Assembly: GCA_944326525.1 (NCBI GenBank)
Contig: CALVEG010000003.1
Coordinates: 73,846-137,845, forward strand
DNA from: Candidatus Gastranaerophilales bacterium
GTDB taxonomy: Bacteria; Cyanobacteriota; Vampirovibrionia; Gastranaerophilales; Gastranaerophilaceae
Direction: 5' to 3'
DNA: 64,000 nt
Part shown: piece by piece, positions 41,229-51,582 of the stretch
How the letters are laid out: each line of letters starts with the position of its first letter
Position numbering within the stretch: the stretch's first letter is position 1
Program-made: the position numbers and the translations under genes
Notes under the pieces: generated by a model
Told to the model about the DNA's origin: nothing
Databases searched by the model: none
The model's input: the letters and a program-made list of their open reading frames with translations, nothing else

Positions 41229-42647
41229 ATGTATAACCCTAAATCATTGGATGCTGAAGAATTTATTTGTAATGATGAAGTACTTTCGACTTTAAAATAT
41301 GCTGAAGAAAATAAGCATAACAGAGAATTAATAGATGAAATTTTGAATAAGGCGAGGTTAGAAAAAGGTCTTACGCATAGAGAAGCTGCTGTTCTTCTTG
41401 ATTGTGATTTAGAGGATAAGAATAAGGAAATTATAGCCCTTGCTGAAAAAATAAAAAAAGATTATTACGGAAACAGAATCGTACTATTTGCACCTTTGTA
41501 TCTTTCAAATTACTGCGTAAACGGGTGTGTATATTGTCCATACCACGCAAAAAATAAGCACATACCACGCAGAAAATTGACACAAGAAGAAATTAAAAAT
41601 GAAGTTATCGCGCTTCAGGATATGGGGCATAAGCGTCTTGCAATAGAAGCAGGTGAAGATCCTGTTAATAACCCGATAGAATACATATTAGAATCAATTA
41701 GAACTATTTATTCAATTAAACACAAAAACGGAGCAATTCGTCGAGTTAATGTAAATATAGCTGCGACAACTGTTGAAAATTACAAAAAGCTTCATGAAGC
41801 AGGAATTGGAACTTATATTCTGTTTCAGGAAACTTATAACAAAGAAAGCTATGAAAAACTTCATCCGACAGGTCCAAAACATAATTACAAATACCATACT
41901 GAAGCTATGGATAGAGCTATGCAGGGCGGAATTGATGATGTAGGTTTGGGCGTTTTATACGGGCTTGAATCTTACAGATATGAGTTTACAGCTCTTTTAA
42001 TGCATGCTGAACACCTTGAAGCGGTTTATGGTGTTGGACCTCATACAATAAGCCTTCCGAGAATTAAAAAAGCAGATGATATCAATCCTGATGAATTTGA
42101 TAACGGAATTGATGATGATACGTTCGCGAAGATTGCAGCTTGTATTAGAATTGCAGTTCCTTATACCGGCATGATAATTTCAACTCGTGAAACAGAAAAA
42201 TGTAGAGAAAGACTTTTGCATCTTGGAATTTCACAAATAAGCGGCGGCTCTAAGACAAGTGTTGGCGGATATTTCCAGCCAATGCCTGAGAAAGAGGATT
42301 CTGCTCAGTTTGATGTATCAGACAGACGATCTTTGGATGAAGTCATAAAATGGCTTATGGAATTAGGGTATTTGCCAAGTTTCTGCACAGCTTGCTATGG
42401 AAGCGGAAGAACAGGTGATCGGTTTATGGATATCTGTAAGCACCAGCAAATACATAACTTCTGTCATCCGAATGCTATTATGACATTGAAAGAATATCTT
42501 GAAGATTATGCTTCTCCTGAAACAAGGGAAATCGGTGAAAAATTAATAGCAAAAGAAGTCGAAACACTTCAAAATCCTGAGATTAAATCTATAGTTGAAA
42601 AAGATCTTGTAAAAATTTCAGGCGGAGAGCGTAATTTCAAATTTTAG
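41229..42647 (+). CDS. hydG: [FeFe]-hydrogenase maturase HydG (radical SAM tyrosine lyase)
   Basis: CVNGCVYCPY radical-SAM cluster plus C-terminal CxxC...C motif (FCTACYGSG...FCHPNA); start at ATG 41229 behind gggagggag. Confidence 0.85.
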   Translation: MYNPKSLDAEEFICNDEVLSTLKYAEENKHNRELIDEILNKARLEKGLTHREAAVLLDCDLEDKNKEIIALAEKIKKDYYGNRIVLFAPLYLSNYCVNGCVYCPYHAKNKHIPRRKLTQEEIKNEVIALQDMGHKRLAIEAGEDPVNNPIEYILESIRTIYSIKHKNGAIRRVNVNIAATTVENYKKLHEAGIGTYILFQETYNKESYEKLHPTGPKHNYKYHTEAMDRAMQGGIDDVGLGVLYGLESYRYEFTALLMHAEHLEAVYGVGPHTISLPRIKKADDINPDEFDNGIDDDTFAKIAACIRIAVPYTGMIISTRETEKCRERLLHLGISQISGGSKTSVGGYFQPMPEKEDSAQFDVSDRRSLDEVIKWLMELGYLPSFCTACYGSGRTGDRFMDICKHQQIHNFCHPNAIMTLKEYLEDYASPETREIGEKLIAKEVETLQNPEIKSIVEKDLVKISGGERNFKF

Positions 42648-42734
42648 ATTATTTGTAAAGTTAGAGAGTCTTATTAAAAAAATCAGCCTCTTTAGATAAT
42701 TGCATTTGATTTGAAATTACGATAAACTTTTTTT

Positions 42735-43697
42735 ATGGATGAGAGTCTTGTAAAAATAAATGATTTGTATGTTCAATATAAATCAGATAACGGAGCTTTT
42801 GGCGGTGTTCGGACTATTTATGCTTTGAACGGGGTTAATCTTGAAATAAAAAAAGGTGAAATCCTTGCGTTAGCAGGTGAGTCAGGTTGTGGCAAATCTA
42901 CACTTGCAAAAACTTTAATTAGATTGGAAAAGCCTTATAAAGGCGAAATTCTGTATAATGGTAAAGATATTTTTAATCTCAATAAAGAGGATTTGCGCAA
43001 ATTTATACAAAAAGTACAGATGATTTTTCAAAATCCTTATGCAAGCCTTGATCCGAAAATAAAAATTTACGATACATTAGCAGAACCTTTAAAGATTAAT
43101 ACAAAGCTTTCTGACAGCGAAATAGAAAAAATTGTTATTGAAACTGCTTGTAAGTGTGGGCTTGATAGAGATTGTTTGAAGCTTTATCCGCATGAATTTT
43201 CTGGTGGACAAAGGCAGAGGATTGCAATAGCAAGAGCTTTGGTGTTGAAGCCTGAATTCGTTCTTGCAGATGAACCGGTAAGCGCATTGGATGTTAGTAT
43301 TCAGGCACAGATTATAAATCTTTTGAAGGATTTGAAGGAAAATTACAATCTTACATTTTTGCTTATAACCCACGATATGAGTGTAATTAAGTATTTAGCT
43401 GATAGGGTTGCCGTTATGTACCTTGGAGAAATTATTGAAGTTGGGACGGTAGATGAAATTTTTTCTAATCCAAAACATCCTTATACAAAAGCTCTTTTGA
43501 GTGCAGTTCCTGAAATTAACGGCAAAGAGAAAAATAAAATTTTTCTTCAAGGTGATTTGCCTTCACCCTCCGATTTGCCTAAAGGTTGCAAATTTAATAC
43601 CAGATGTCCTGATGTTATGCCGAAATGCAAAGAGCTATCTCCTGATGCGGTAAAGTTTTCGGAAAGTCATTGCGCAAAATGTTTTTTATATAATTAG
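42735..43697 (+). CDS. ABC transporter ATP-binding protein, oligopeptide/dipeptide (OppF/DppF) type
   Basis: GESGCGKST, FSGGQRQRIAIARAL, C-terminal oligopeptide-type extension (KHPYTKALL, GCKFNTRCP). Confidence 0.85.
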   Translation: MDESLVKINDLYVQYKSDNGAFGGVRTIYALNGVNLEIKKGEILALAGESGCGKSTLAKTLIRLEKPYKGEILYNGKDIFNLNKEDLRKFIQKVQMIFQNPYASLDPKIKIYDTLAEPLKINTKLSDSEIEKIVIETACKCGLDRDCLKLYPHEFSGGQRQRIAIARALVLKPEFVLADEPVSALDVSIQAQIINLLKDLKENYNLTFLLITHDMSVIKYLADRVAVMYLGEIIEVGTVDEIFSNPKHPYTKALLSAVPEINGKEKNKIFLQGDLPSPSDLPKGCKFNTRCPDVMPKCKELSPDAVKFSESHCAKCFLYN

Positions 43698-43728
43698 CAA
43701 AATTTATTTTTAGATGTTTTACTAAGAT

Positions 43729-44496
43729 ATGTTCAAAATTTCCCCTAATGTAAAACTTCCGCTTAATTTATCTAAGGGTTCTTACTCTAAGCGACTAGAT
43801 TCTGCGCAAAAATTAACAGATAAATTTTTTGATAAAATTTCCGGCGCATTTATTGAAAAAGACATTTCTCCTGATGTTTTTGTGAAAAATATTGAGGAGG
43901 TTTTGCCCTCAAAAGTTAATTATAAGCTTGAATCAAGTAACGGAAAAGACTTGGAGGGCGCTGTTATCTTATGTACATCTGAGCAAAATCCGTCCGAAAT
44001 ATCTTTATATAAAATATGTTTCCCGACAAATCCTTATGACGGCAAAATTTCAATATACAAAACGGATTCATTTATGCATGAGATGTTTCATTTTTTCTGT
44101 GAAATTTTTAATCCCAAACATACCGCAAAAGCCGCAGAACTTGCAGAAAGTCGTTTTAGATATTACGATGATTTTTTCTATAATGAGTATATTTATAACA
44201 AACACTGTGACGATTTGAATAATTTAAAAGATGTTTTGTTACCTGATATTTTGAACAATATGCCTATTAGTGAAAAAGTCATATTTTTACAAAATTGCCG
44301 TTACAAGCTTTTGGAAGAAGTTAAAGCTTGGGAAAATGGTCATAAATATGGCATAAAAAATCAAGAAATTCACAAAGATTTGATTCCGGAAGTTGTGTAT
44401 GTTGATGATGGCAGTGAATTTCAATTAAAAGAGAAGCTTAAAATCGTGACTGAAGCTCTAAAAACTGTTTTTAAGGATGCTCGTAATGGCAAATAG
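43729..44496 (+). CDS. hypothetical protein with HExxH motif
   Basis: 255 aa; single HEMFH motif; no family recognised. Confidence 0.55.
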   Translation: MFKISPNVKLPLNLSKGSYSKRLDSAQKLTDKFFDKISGAFIEKDISPDVFVKNIEEVLPSKVNYKLESSNGKDLEGAVILCTSEQNPSEISLYKICFPTNPYDGKISIYKTDSFMHEMFHFFCEIFNPKHTAKAAELAESRFRYYDDFFYNEYIYNKHCDDLNNLKDVLLPDILNNMPISEKVIFLQNCRYKLLEEVKAWENGHKYGIKNQEIHKDLIPEVVYVDDGSEFQLKEKLKIVTEALKTVFKDARNGK

Positions 44497-44532
44497 TGTA
44501 TAATAATTTTAAATTTATGCTAAAATCTAGTT

Positions 44533-44985
44533 ATGGATAAAAAAGTTATAACGACAAACAGAAAAGCATTTCACGACTACACTATTTTTGACAAATATGT
44601 GGCTGGAATTGTGTTGAGCGGAACAGAAATAAAATCAATTCGAAAAAGTGCGATAAATTTAAAAGACAGTTTTTGTAAAATAGAAGAGAACGAGATATTT
44701 TTATATAATTGCCACATTTCTCCTTATGAGCAGGGAAACCGTTTTAATCACAAAACGGATAGGATAAGAAAACTTCTTTTAACTAAAAAAGAAATATTAA
44801 AAATGCAATCAAAGGTTAAAAAAGATGGCTATTCTATAATTCCTCTGGAAGTTTTTATATCTCATGGATTTGCAAAAGTAGAGATAGGGCTTGCCAAAGG
44901 TAAAAAACTTCATGATAAGCGTGAAGATATTGCCAAAAAAGACCATACACGTGAAATGGACAGAGCTTCAAAGATAAGGTATTAG
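44533..44985 (+). CDS. smpB: SsrA-binding protein
   Basis: NRKAFHDY...GTEIKSIR... typical SmpB, 150 aa. Confidence 0.93.
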   Translation: MDKKVITTNRKAFHDYTIFDKYVAGIVLSGTEIKSIRKSAINLKDSFCKIEENEIFLYNCHISPYEQGNRFNHKTDRIRKLLLTKKEILKMQSKVKKDGYSIIPLEVFISHGFAKVEIGLAKGKKLHDKREDIAKKDHTREMDRASKIRY

Positions 44986-44995
44986 TTAAAAATAA

Positions 44996-45955
44996 ATGAC
45001 AGACAAAAATCGGATGAAAGTAATACTTTTAGGCAAAGGACAAATGCTTGCAAATATGATTGAAGCCTCTTTAGAAGCTGATGTTGACATTGCAGGTGTT
45101 TTTAGATATGAACGAACTCTTTATTCCGGTTTTAAGTTATTACTTCACGATTTATTTAAAACTTCGCATGATTTAACCTTAATCAAAAAATATAAACTGC
45201 CAGAAGTTAAGTGTAAGTCTGCAAACAGTGAAGCATTTAGAAATTACATTTTAAAAACAAATGCAGATTTGATAATCGTCGGAACTTGGAGGGAGAAACT
45301 AAAAAAAGACACTTTTGCGATGCCAAGAATTGGTACGGTAAACATTCACCCGTCACTACTTCCACGCTATCGCGGACCAAATCCTTACATGCAAGTTATT
45401 TTGAACGGAGAAAAGAAAACTGGTGTAACTATTCATTTAATGGATGAAAATCTTGATACAGGAGCAATTCTTTTGCAAAAAGAGATTGATATTTTGCCCT
45501 CTGATACCGGAAAAGAGCTTAGGGAAAGAGCTTTTTCAGCAGCAAGAGAATTAGCGAGAGAGTTTTTACTAAAAATTCAACGAGAGGTAATTATTCCGAT
45601 AAAGCAAAATGAAAGTCGTTCTTCCTACTATGGTTATGTTGATGAAACATTAAAGATGCTTGATTTTAAAAATAATACTTCAGAAGAGATTGTTCGGATA
45701 ATAAAAGCTCTGTACCCTTGGATGCCCTGTTATATAACGGTTGGAAACCATTTCCTAAAAGTAAATCCATATAAGATTAAAATTGAAATTCCACAATCGG
45801 ATGTTCCAGCAGGATATTTAATAGGTAAGAATCCTAAAGAAAAATCATTAACTATTGTTTGTAAGGATGGAAAAGCTTTGGAAATGAGAGACCTAAAGCT
45901 TTGGGGATTTTTCATAAGTCCTTTTACAAGACTTTTTATAAAACTAATTCGCTAA
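44996..45955 (+). CDS. formyltransferase-family protein (Fmt/ArnA-like paralogue)
   Basis: NIHPSLLPRYRGPNP...DTGAIL motif; C-terminal Fmt-like domain. Confidence 0.7.
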   Translation: MTDKNRMKVILLGKGQMLANMIEASLEADVDIAGVFRYERTLYSGFKLLLHDLFKTSHDLTLIKKYKLPEVKCKSANSEAFRNYILKTNADLIIVGTWREKLKKDTFAMPRIGTVNIHPSLLPRYRGPNPYMQVILNGEKKTGVTIHLMDENLDTGAILLQKEIDILPSDTGKELRERAFSAARELAREFLLKIQREVIIPIKQNESRSSYYGYVDETLKMLDFKNNTSEEIVRIIKALYPWMPCYITVGNHFLKVNPYKIKIEIPQSDVPAGYLIGKNPKEKSLTIVCKDGKALEMRDLKLWGFFISPFTRLFIKLIR

Positions 45956-45983
45956 TTTCAACAATTATCCAAATAAATAGAAA

Positions 45984-46583
45984 TCAGGCAATTTCTCTTC
46001 TGCCTTCAATAGCTTTAGCGATTGTAATTTCGTCAGCATATTCAAGATCCGCCCCGACAGGAAGTCCGAATGCAATTCTTGATATTTTTATACCAAACGG
46101 CTTAATGAGTTTTGTAAGGTAAAGACTTGTTGCCTCCCCTTCAACAGATGGCGGAAGTGCAAGGATAATTTCTTTAACTTCTTCGGAAGTAAGTCTGTTT
46201 AAAAGTTCTTTTATTCTGATATCATCAGCACCAATTCCGTCCATTGGTGAGATTAGACCTTGCAAAACGTGATAAAGTCCTTTAAATTCGTTGGTTTTTT
46301 CAATAGCGATAAGATCTTTTGTTTCTGCGACTACACAAATGACTGACCTGTCACGTTTAGGATTTGTGCAAATTTCGCAGGGGCTTGTAGAAGAAAGGTT
46401 AAAACAAACTTCACAGGTTCTTGTATTCCTTTTAGCATCAAGAATAGCCTGAGCGAACTTTTGAACTTCACTCTCAGGCATTCTAAGCATATAAAACGCC
46501 ATCCGTTGAGCTGATTTAGGCCCAACAGACGGAAATTTTTGAAAATACTCAATTAATGATGCTATGGATTTTGGAAAAATCAT
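45984..46583 (-). CDS. recR: recombination protein RecR
   Basis: PSVGPKSAQR HhH, C4 zinc finger, Toprim domain. Confidence 0.95.
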   Translation of the reverse strand: MIFPKSIASLIEYFQKFPSVGPKSAQRMAFYMLRMPESEVQKFAQAILDAKRNTRTCEVCFNLSSTSPCEICTNPKRDRSVICVVAETKDLIAIEKTNEFKGLYHVLQGLISPMDGIGADDIRIKELLNRLTSEEVKEIILALPPSVEGEATSLYLTKLIKPFGIKISRIAFGLPVGADLEYADEITIAKAIEGRREIA

Positions 46584-46584
46584 A

Positions 46585-46917
46585 TTAGAATAATCCTGGG
46601 ATATTTATACCACCTGTTACAGCGCTCATTTTTTGGTTTAAAAGATTTGAAGCTTTATCACTAGCCTGTTTAATTGCAGTTGTAATAAGGTCTTCAAGCA
46701 TTTCAACAGAATCAGCATCAACAGATGACGGGTTTTCAGAGTTAATAGCTTCAGGTTTAATCTTAATTGATTTAAACTGTCCCTGTCCGTCAAATACAAC
46801 ACTAACGCTTCCGTTACCTGCTTCACCTATAACTTCTTGTGCAGCAAGTTCTTCTTGAGTGTCTTTAATTCTTTTTTTGAGGTTTTGTGCCTGTTTCATC
46901 ATTTGCATAATATTCAT
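46585..46917 (-). CDS. ybaB: nucleoid-associated protein YbaB/EbfC
   Basis: 110 aa, MMKQAQNLKKRI... typical YbaB; adjacent to recR. Confidence 0.9.
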   Translation of the reverse strand: MNIMQMMKQAQNLKKRIKDTQEELAAQEVIGEAGNGSVSVVFDGQGQFKSIKIKPEAINSENPSSVDADSVEMLEDLITTAIKQASDKASNLLNQKMSAVTGGINIPGLF

Positions 46918-46983
46918 GCGTTTTATCCTCCGTATTTTTAAGTCTGGCTTCTCAATTTTATAATTTTATTATACAATAAAAAT

Positions 46984-47769
46984 ATGCAAAAGCGAACTTA
47001 TGTTTCTGAATCTTTAAAAAACGGACGGTTAATGAGGTGGACATTTATGCCACTAAAGGTCTATGTTGCACCGATGAAGTTTTATTCAAAAGCAGGAGAG
47101 GATTATAAATACAGAGGTCTTGTAAAGCGAGCGCTTGATGAGTGGCAGAAGGCTACAAAAGGTAAGGTTTCGTTCCAGATAACAGACACTCTTTTAGAAT
47201 CTCAAATAAATATTGAGTGGAAAAGGGTTGAAAGAAAGGCGCTTGGAGTATGTAATTTTTCCTATGATGCTCAGCATAGGTTATATGGAGCTGAAGTTTC
47301 AATCGGACTTACTGACGGGTTGGTGCATGCAGATTATATGGATGAGAATGAAGTTTATCATACTATTCTGCACGAAATAGGCCATGCTGTGGGCTTAGGA
47401 CACAGCCCGAATAAGAAGGATATAATGTATACTCCCCATCAAAAAGGAATAAATAAAGTTTCTGCAGGAGATGTTTTGACTGTAAATTGGTTGTACAGAC
47501 TTCCTCAGGGGGCGACAGTCGCAGAAGTTGCTTCAAAATACCAAACAGGCGGAAGTGATATTGATGAGATTATCGCAAAAGTTATGGAAGGAACCGCAAA
47601 AAGCGAGTTTGAGAGAGTAAAAAGCGATATAGGATCAAAACCCAAAAGGGATTTACTTGAAGAACAGGAAAATATCGCAAATCTGAAAAAGTACGGGCTT
47701 ACATTACAAAATCTGCAAATTTCCGATGAAATGAGAAAGTTTTTTGTAAATAATCCGCCTAAAAAGTGA
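46984..47769 (+). CDS. matrixin-like zinc metalloprotease
   Basis: HEIGHAVGLGHS extended zinc-binding motif. Confidence 0.75.
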   Translation: MQKRTYVSESLKNGRLMRWTFMPLKVYVAPMKFYSKAGEDYKYRGLVKRALDEWQKATKGKVSFQITDTLLESQINIEWKRVERKALGVCNFSYDAQHRLYGAEVSIGLTDGLVHADYMDENEVYHTILHEIGHAVGLGHSPNKKDIMYTPHQKGINKVSAGDVLTVNWLYRLPQGATVAEVASKYQTGGSDIDEIIAKVMEGTAKSEFERVKSDIGSKPKRDLLEEQENIANLKKYGLTLQNLQISDEMRKFFVNNPPKK

Positions 47770-47833
47770 CAAGATTAATTTTTAGTGTATAATGTATTTG
47801 TTAAAAAGGAATTTATTAATAGGGATTTAGAAT

Positions 47834-48709
47834 ATGACAATTCAAGATTGGTTTGAAAAACGTAAAGAGGCACAGATACAAAGACGTGCGCTTGAAGCAA
47901 GAGCCGAAGTGGAGAAAAACCCTGACTTGTGGACAAAATGTGTTCATTGCGAAGCTCAGCTTTTAAAAGAAGATTTAGCAAACAACTTAATGGTATGTCC
48001 TGTGTGTGACTATCATTTTAGAATAAATGCCAAAACTCGTATAGCACAGTTGTTTGACGAAGGGAGTTTTGAGGAGCTTTTTGGCGAAATAAAACCTACA
48101 GATCCGCTTGAATTTGTAGATACTGAAAGTTATAAGGATAGAATTAAAAAAGCAAATGATAAAACAGGATTAAATGATGCAGTCGTAACCGGAATCGGAG
48201 CAATTAAAGGCAACAAAGTTGCGGCAGCTATAATGGATTTTGACTTTATGGGCGGTTCTATGGGCTCAGTTGTCGGTGAAAAAGTTGCAAAAATTATGGA
48301 AAAAGCTGTTGAATTAAGAATTCCTGTTCTTGCAATAACTTCATCAGGTGGTGCAAGGATGCAAGAGAGTGCATTGAGTCTTATGCAGATGGCTAAGACC
48401 TCTTGTGCAGCTGCAAAACTTGATGATGAAGGAATTTTATATATCAATTTACTGACAGAACCAACATTTGGCGGTGTAACTGCAAGCTTTGGAATGCTAG
48501 GGGATATAATTATCGCAGAGCAAGGTGCAAGAATTGGATTTGCAGGCCGTCGTGTTATTGAACAAACAATAAGACAGAAACTTCCGTCAGATTTCCAGAC
48601 AGCGGAATATCTTTTGAAATACGGTCAGGTAGATGTCGTTGCAAGCCGTAAAGATTTGCCGGAAATTTTAGGTAATCTTCTCGCTATGCATCAGCCGGTG
48701 CTTAAGTAA
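47834..48709 (+). CDS. accD: acetyl-CoA carboxylase carboxyltransferase beta subunit
   Basis: N-terminal C4 zinc ribbon (CVHCEA...CPVCDYH) plus CT domain. Confidence 0.93.
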   Translation: MTIQDWFEKRKEAQIQRRALEARAEVEKNPDLWTKCVHCEAQLLKEDLANNLMVCPVCDYHFRINAKTRIAQLFDEGSFEELFGEIKPTDPLEFVDTESYKDRIKKANDKTGLNDAVVTGIGAIKGNKVAAAIMDFDFMGGSMGSVVGEKVAKIMEKAVELRIPVLAITSSGGARMQESALSLMQMAKTSCAAAKLDDEGILYINLLTEPTFGGVTASFGMLGDIIIAEQGARIGFAGRRVIEQTIRQKLPSDFQTAEYLLKYGQVDVVASRKDLPEILGNLLAMHQPVLK

Positions 48710-48750
48710 GTGCGGTTTTTATAAAGTATTATTTTTTAAAGAGGTAAGAG

Positions 48751-49701
48751 ATGACAGTTTTGGATTTTGAAAAACCTATCACTGAAATTCAGGAAAAAAT
48801 AGATGAATTGAAAAAAATAAGTTTGGAGTCCGGTATGGATTTAAATAAAGAAATAGAAACATTTGAACAGCAAGCAGAAGATTACAAAAAGGAACTTTAT
48901 GCTAATTTGAAGCCTTCACAGAAGCTTCAAATCGCTAGACATCCGGAAAGACCAAATTTTTTGGATTATATAGAAAATATGTGTACAAACTTTATCGAAC
49001 TTCACGGTGATAGAACCGGATGTGACGATAGAGCAATAATAGGCGGACTTGCCAAGATTGACGGCAGAACTGTGATGATAGTTGGCACAATGAAAGGTAA
49101 ATCTACAAAAGAAAATTTGGAATATAACTTCGGGATGCCACAGCCGCAAGGATATAGAAAAGCTTTGAGATTGTTTAAGCATGCTGATAAATTTAACATT
49201 CCGATCGTAACGATTATTGACACACCTGGGGCATATCCGGGAATTAGCGCAGAAGAAACAAACCAAGGTGGTGCTATTGCCGTAAATTTAAGAGAAATGG
49301 CAAAGTTGAAAGTTCCGGTTATTGCAGTTATTTCTGGTGAAGGCTGTTCAGGCGGTGCTTTAGGACTTGCTGTTGCAAATAAGGTTTATTTGCTTGAACA
49401 TGCTTATTATACAGTAATTTCACCGGAAGGTTGTGCTTCTATTCTTTGGCGAGATGCTGCAAAGGCTCCTGAAGCTGCTGAAGCTCTGAAAATTACAGCT
49501 CCTGATCTTATGAAATTTGATATTATAGATGGAGCAATTAAGGAACCTCTCGGCGGGGCTCATCATGATTACAAAGCTATGTCGGATGAGTTAAAGAAAA
49601 CGATTTTAACTGCTTTGGATGAATTATCTTCTCTATCAGGTGAGGAGCTTAAAAAATCTCGTTATGAAAAGTTCCGCAAAATGGGTGCATTTTTGGAGTA
49701 A
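48751..49701 (+). CDS. accA: acetyl-CoA carboxylase carboxyltransferase alpha subunit
   Basis: ARHPERP, IDTPGAYPG, GEGCSGGAL motifs. Confidence 0.93.
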   Translation: MTVLDFEKPITEIQEKIDELKKISLESGMDLNKEIETFEQQAEDYKKELYANLKPSQKLQIARHPERPNFLDYIENMCTNFIELHGDRTGCDDRAIIGGLAKIDGRTVMIVGTMKGKSTKENLEYNFGMPQPQGYRKALRLFKHADKFNIPIVTIIDTPGAYPGISAEETNQGGAIAVNLREMAKLKVPVIAVISGEGCSGGALGLAVANKVYLLEHAYYTVISPEGCASILWRDAAKAPEAAEALKITAPDLMKFDIIDGAIKEPLGGAHHDYKAMSDELKKTILTALDELSSLSGEELKKSRYEKFRKMGAFLE

Positions 49702-49703
49702 AA

Positions 49704-50633
49704 ATGTCTGAAAGTTATATTGAACTTCAAATTAAAATAAATCCTGAAATAGAAGATATTATTTCAGAGATTTGTTTTGAAAATTTACCATGTGAAGGTA
49801 TTGTATTAGCTGAGGAAGCGTACAAGGATTTGGAATTAATTTCAACTACGGAAGGTACTTTGAAGGTGTTTCTAAATCCTGATAATGAAAATCCCGAGCA
49901 TCTTTCATTAGAATATATAAAAGTTCTTTTAAGTGACCAGCGTGACATTTTAAAAGCCAGAGGTTTAACAGATGAAGAACTTGGAAGTTGGGAGATAGCT
50001 TTTGCTATTAAAGCTAACGAGGATTGGTCTAAGAAGTGGAAAGAAAAATGGGATGTTACTCATGTTTCAGATAGAATTACTGTTGTGCCAGATTGGATTG
50101 AGTATACACCGCATAGAGAGGATGAAGTTATAATAAGGCTTGAGCCTGGTTGTGCTTTTGGAACTGGAACTCATCAGACTACTCAGTTATGCATGAAAGC
50201 TATTGAAAAATATATGCCGTCTGATTCAAAAATGGCAGATATCGGAACAGGTAGTGGAATATTAGCAATTTTTGCTTACAAATTTGGTGCTAAAGAGGTT
50301 TACGGATGCGACAATGATCCGACTGTTATTGATGTTGCAAAAGAAAATGCCTTGAAAAACAATTCAATTTGTTCGTTTGAACTTGGAACTGCTGATAAGA
50401 TTACTGAGAAGTTTGATTTTATATGTGCAAACATTCTTCATAATGTTCTTGCCGAAATTATGGGTGATTTAAAAAATCTTATGAATGATAATGCTATTAT
50501 GGTTTTATCAGGAATTTTGGATGAGAAAAAGCCTGTTGTATATCAGGCAATAAAAAAACATAATTTAGAATTGATTGAAGAAGCTCATCAAGATCAATGG
50601 GTGGCTTTGATTGTAAGAAAACTTGAGGCGTAA
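49704..50633 (+). CDS. prmA: ribosomal protein L11 methyltransferase
   Basis: FGTGTHQTTQLC, DIGTGSGILAI SAM motif. Confidence 0.9.
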   Translation: MSESYIELQIKINPEIEDIISEICFENLPCEGIVLAEEAYKDLELISTTEGTLKVFLNPDNENPEHLSLEYIKVLLSDQRDILKARGLTDEELGSWEIAFAIKANEDWSKKWKEKWDVTHVSDRITVVPDWIEYTPHREDEVIIRLEPGCAFGTGTHQTTQLCMKAIEKYMPSDSKMADIGTGSGILAIFAYKFGAKEVYGCDNDPTVIDVAKENALKNNSICSFELGTADKITEKFDFICANILHNVLAEIMGDLKNLMNDNAIMVLSGILDEKKPVVYQAIKKHNLELIEEAHQDQWVALIVRKLEA

Positions 50634-50673
50634 GCTTTTTCAAAAATTATTTTCTATTGTAAGGAGATTAGAA

Positions 50674-51417
50674 TTGAACAAGACAGCAATAATAATTCCG
50701 GCACGTTACGGATCATCAAGATTAGAAGGGAAACCGCTTTTGGAAGTAGCAGGCAAGCCTGTTATTCAGTGGGTATATGAAAAAGCAATGCAGTCAAAAT
50801 TGGCTGATATGATTATTGTTGCGACTGATGATGAGAGAATTTATAATGCTGTTGTTGCGTTTGGTGGAGTTGCTGAAATGACTTCTAAGGATCATAAATG
50901 CGGTTCTGATAGAATAAGAGAAGTCGTAGATCGTCATCCTGAAATTGCTTATATTGTGAATCTTCAAGGCGATGAGCCTTTAATCGAGCCTTCCGCTATA
51001 GATGAAGTTGCGAGAAATGTTAAAGAAATAGAAAATGCTGATATTTCGACCTTGATAAGAGTTTTGCGTGATGAAAATGAAGTTAACAACCCAAACCTTG
51101 TAAAATGTGTTTGTGACAAAAATGGTTTTGCTCTTTATTTTTCACGCTCAAAAATTCCTTATGAAAGAAATCCTATAAGCGGTAAATTTTACGGACATCT
51201 TGGAATATATGGTTATAAGCGTGAGGCTTTGATAAAGATGACTTCATTAGAACAAACTCTGCTTGAAAAAACAGAAAGTCTTGAACAGTTGCGTGCTCTT
51301 GAAAATGGCATGAAAATTAAAACTTCGGTTGTTGATTTTGTGCCTGTTGGTATCGATACGCGTGACGACCTTGAAAAATTTAAGAAAATTGTTGAATCTA
51401 AAATTCAAAAAGCTTAA
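50674..51417 (+). CDS. kdsB: 3-deoxy-manno-octulosonate cytidylyltransferase
   Basis: IIPARYGSSRLEGKPLL; start placed at TTG 50674 behind SD aaggaga (the track start at 50623 lies inside prmA). Confidence 0.88.
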   Translation: MNKTAIIIPARYGSSRLEGKPLLEVAGKPVIQWVYEKAMQSKLADMIIVATDDERIYNAVVAFGGVAEMTSKDHKCGSDRIREVVDRHPEIAYIVNLQGDEPLIEPSAIDEVARNVKEIENADISTLIRVLRDENEVNNPNLVKCVCDKNGFALYFSRSKIPYERNPISGKFYGHLGIYGYKREALIKMTSLEQTLLEKTESLEQLRALENGMKIKTSVVDFVPVGIDTRDDLEKFKKIVESKIQKA

Positions 51418-51582
51418 ATATTTTTTGTTTTTCCACCTAAAGTATTAAAAAAGTACTTGCAATTTTTCGTAAATTAGGTTAATATAACGTTATAAAAATT
51501 CAAAAAAGTATATATTTTGTAATAATTATATATGTTTTATGTTGAGGTGTTAGATTTATTTAAGTAAGGAAAAGAAGAAATC

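Noticed and set aside
44986-44995. tmRNA (ssrA) next to smpB
   Set aside because: The flanking intergenic regions are 10-36 nt, and no tRNA-Ala-like acceptor/T-arm sequence was seen nearby.
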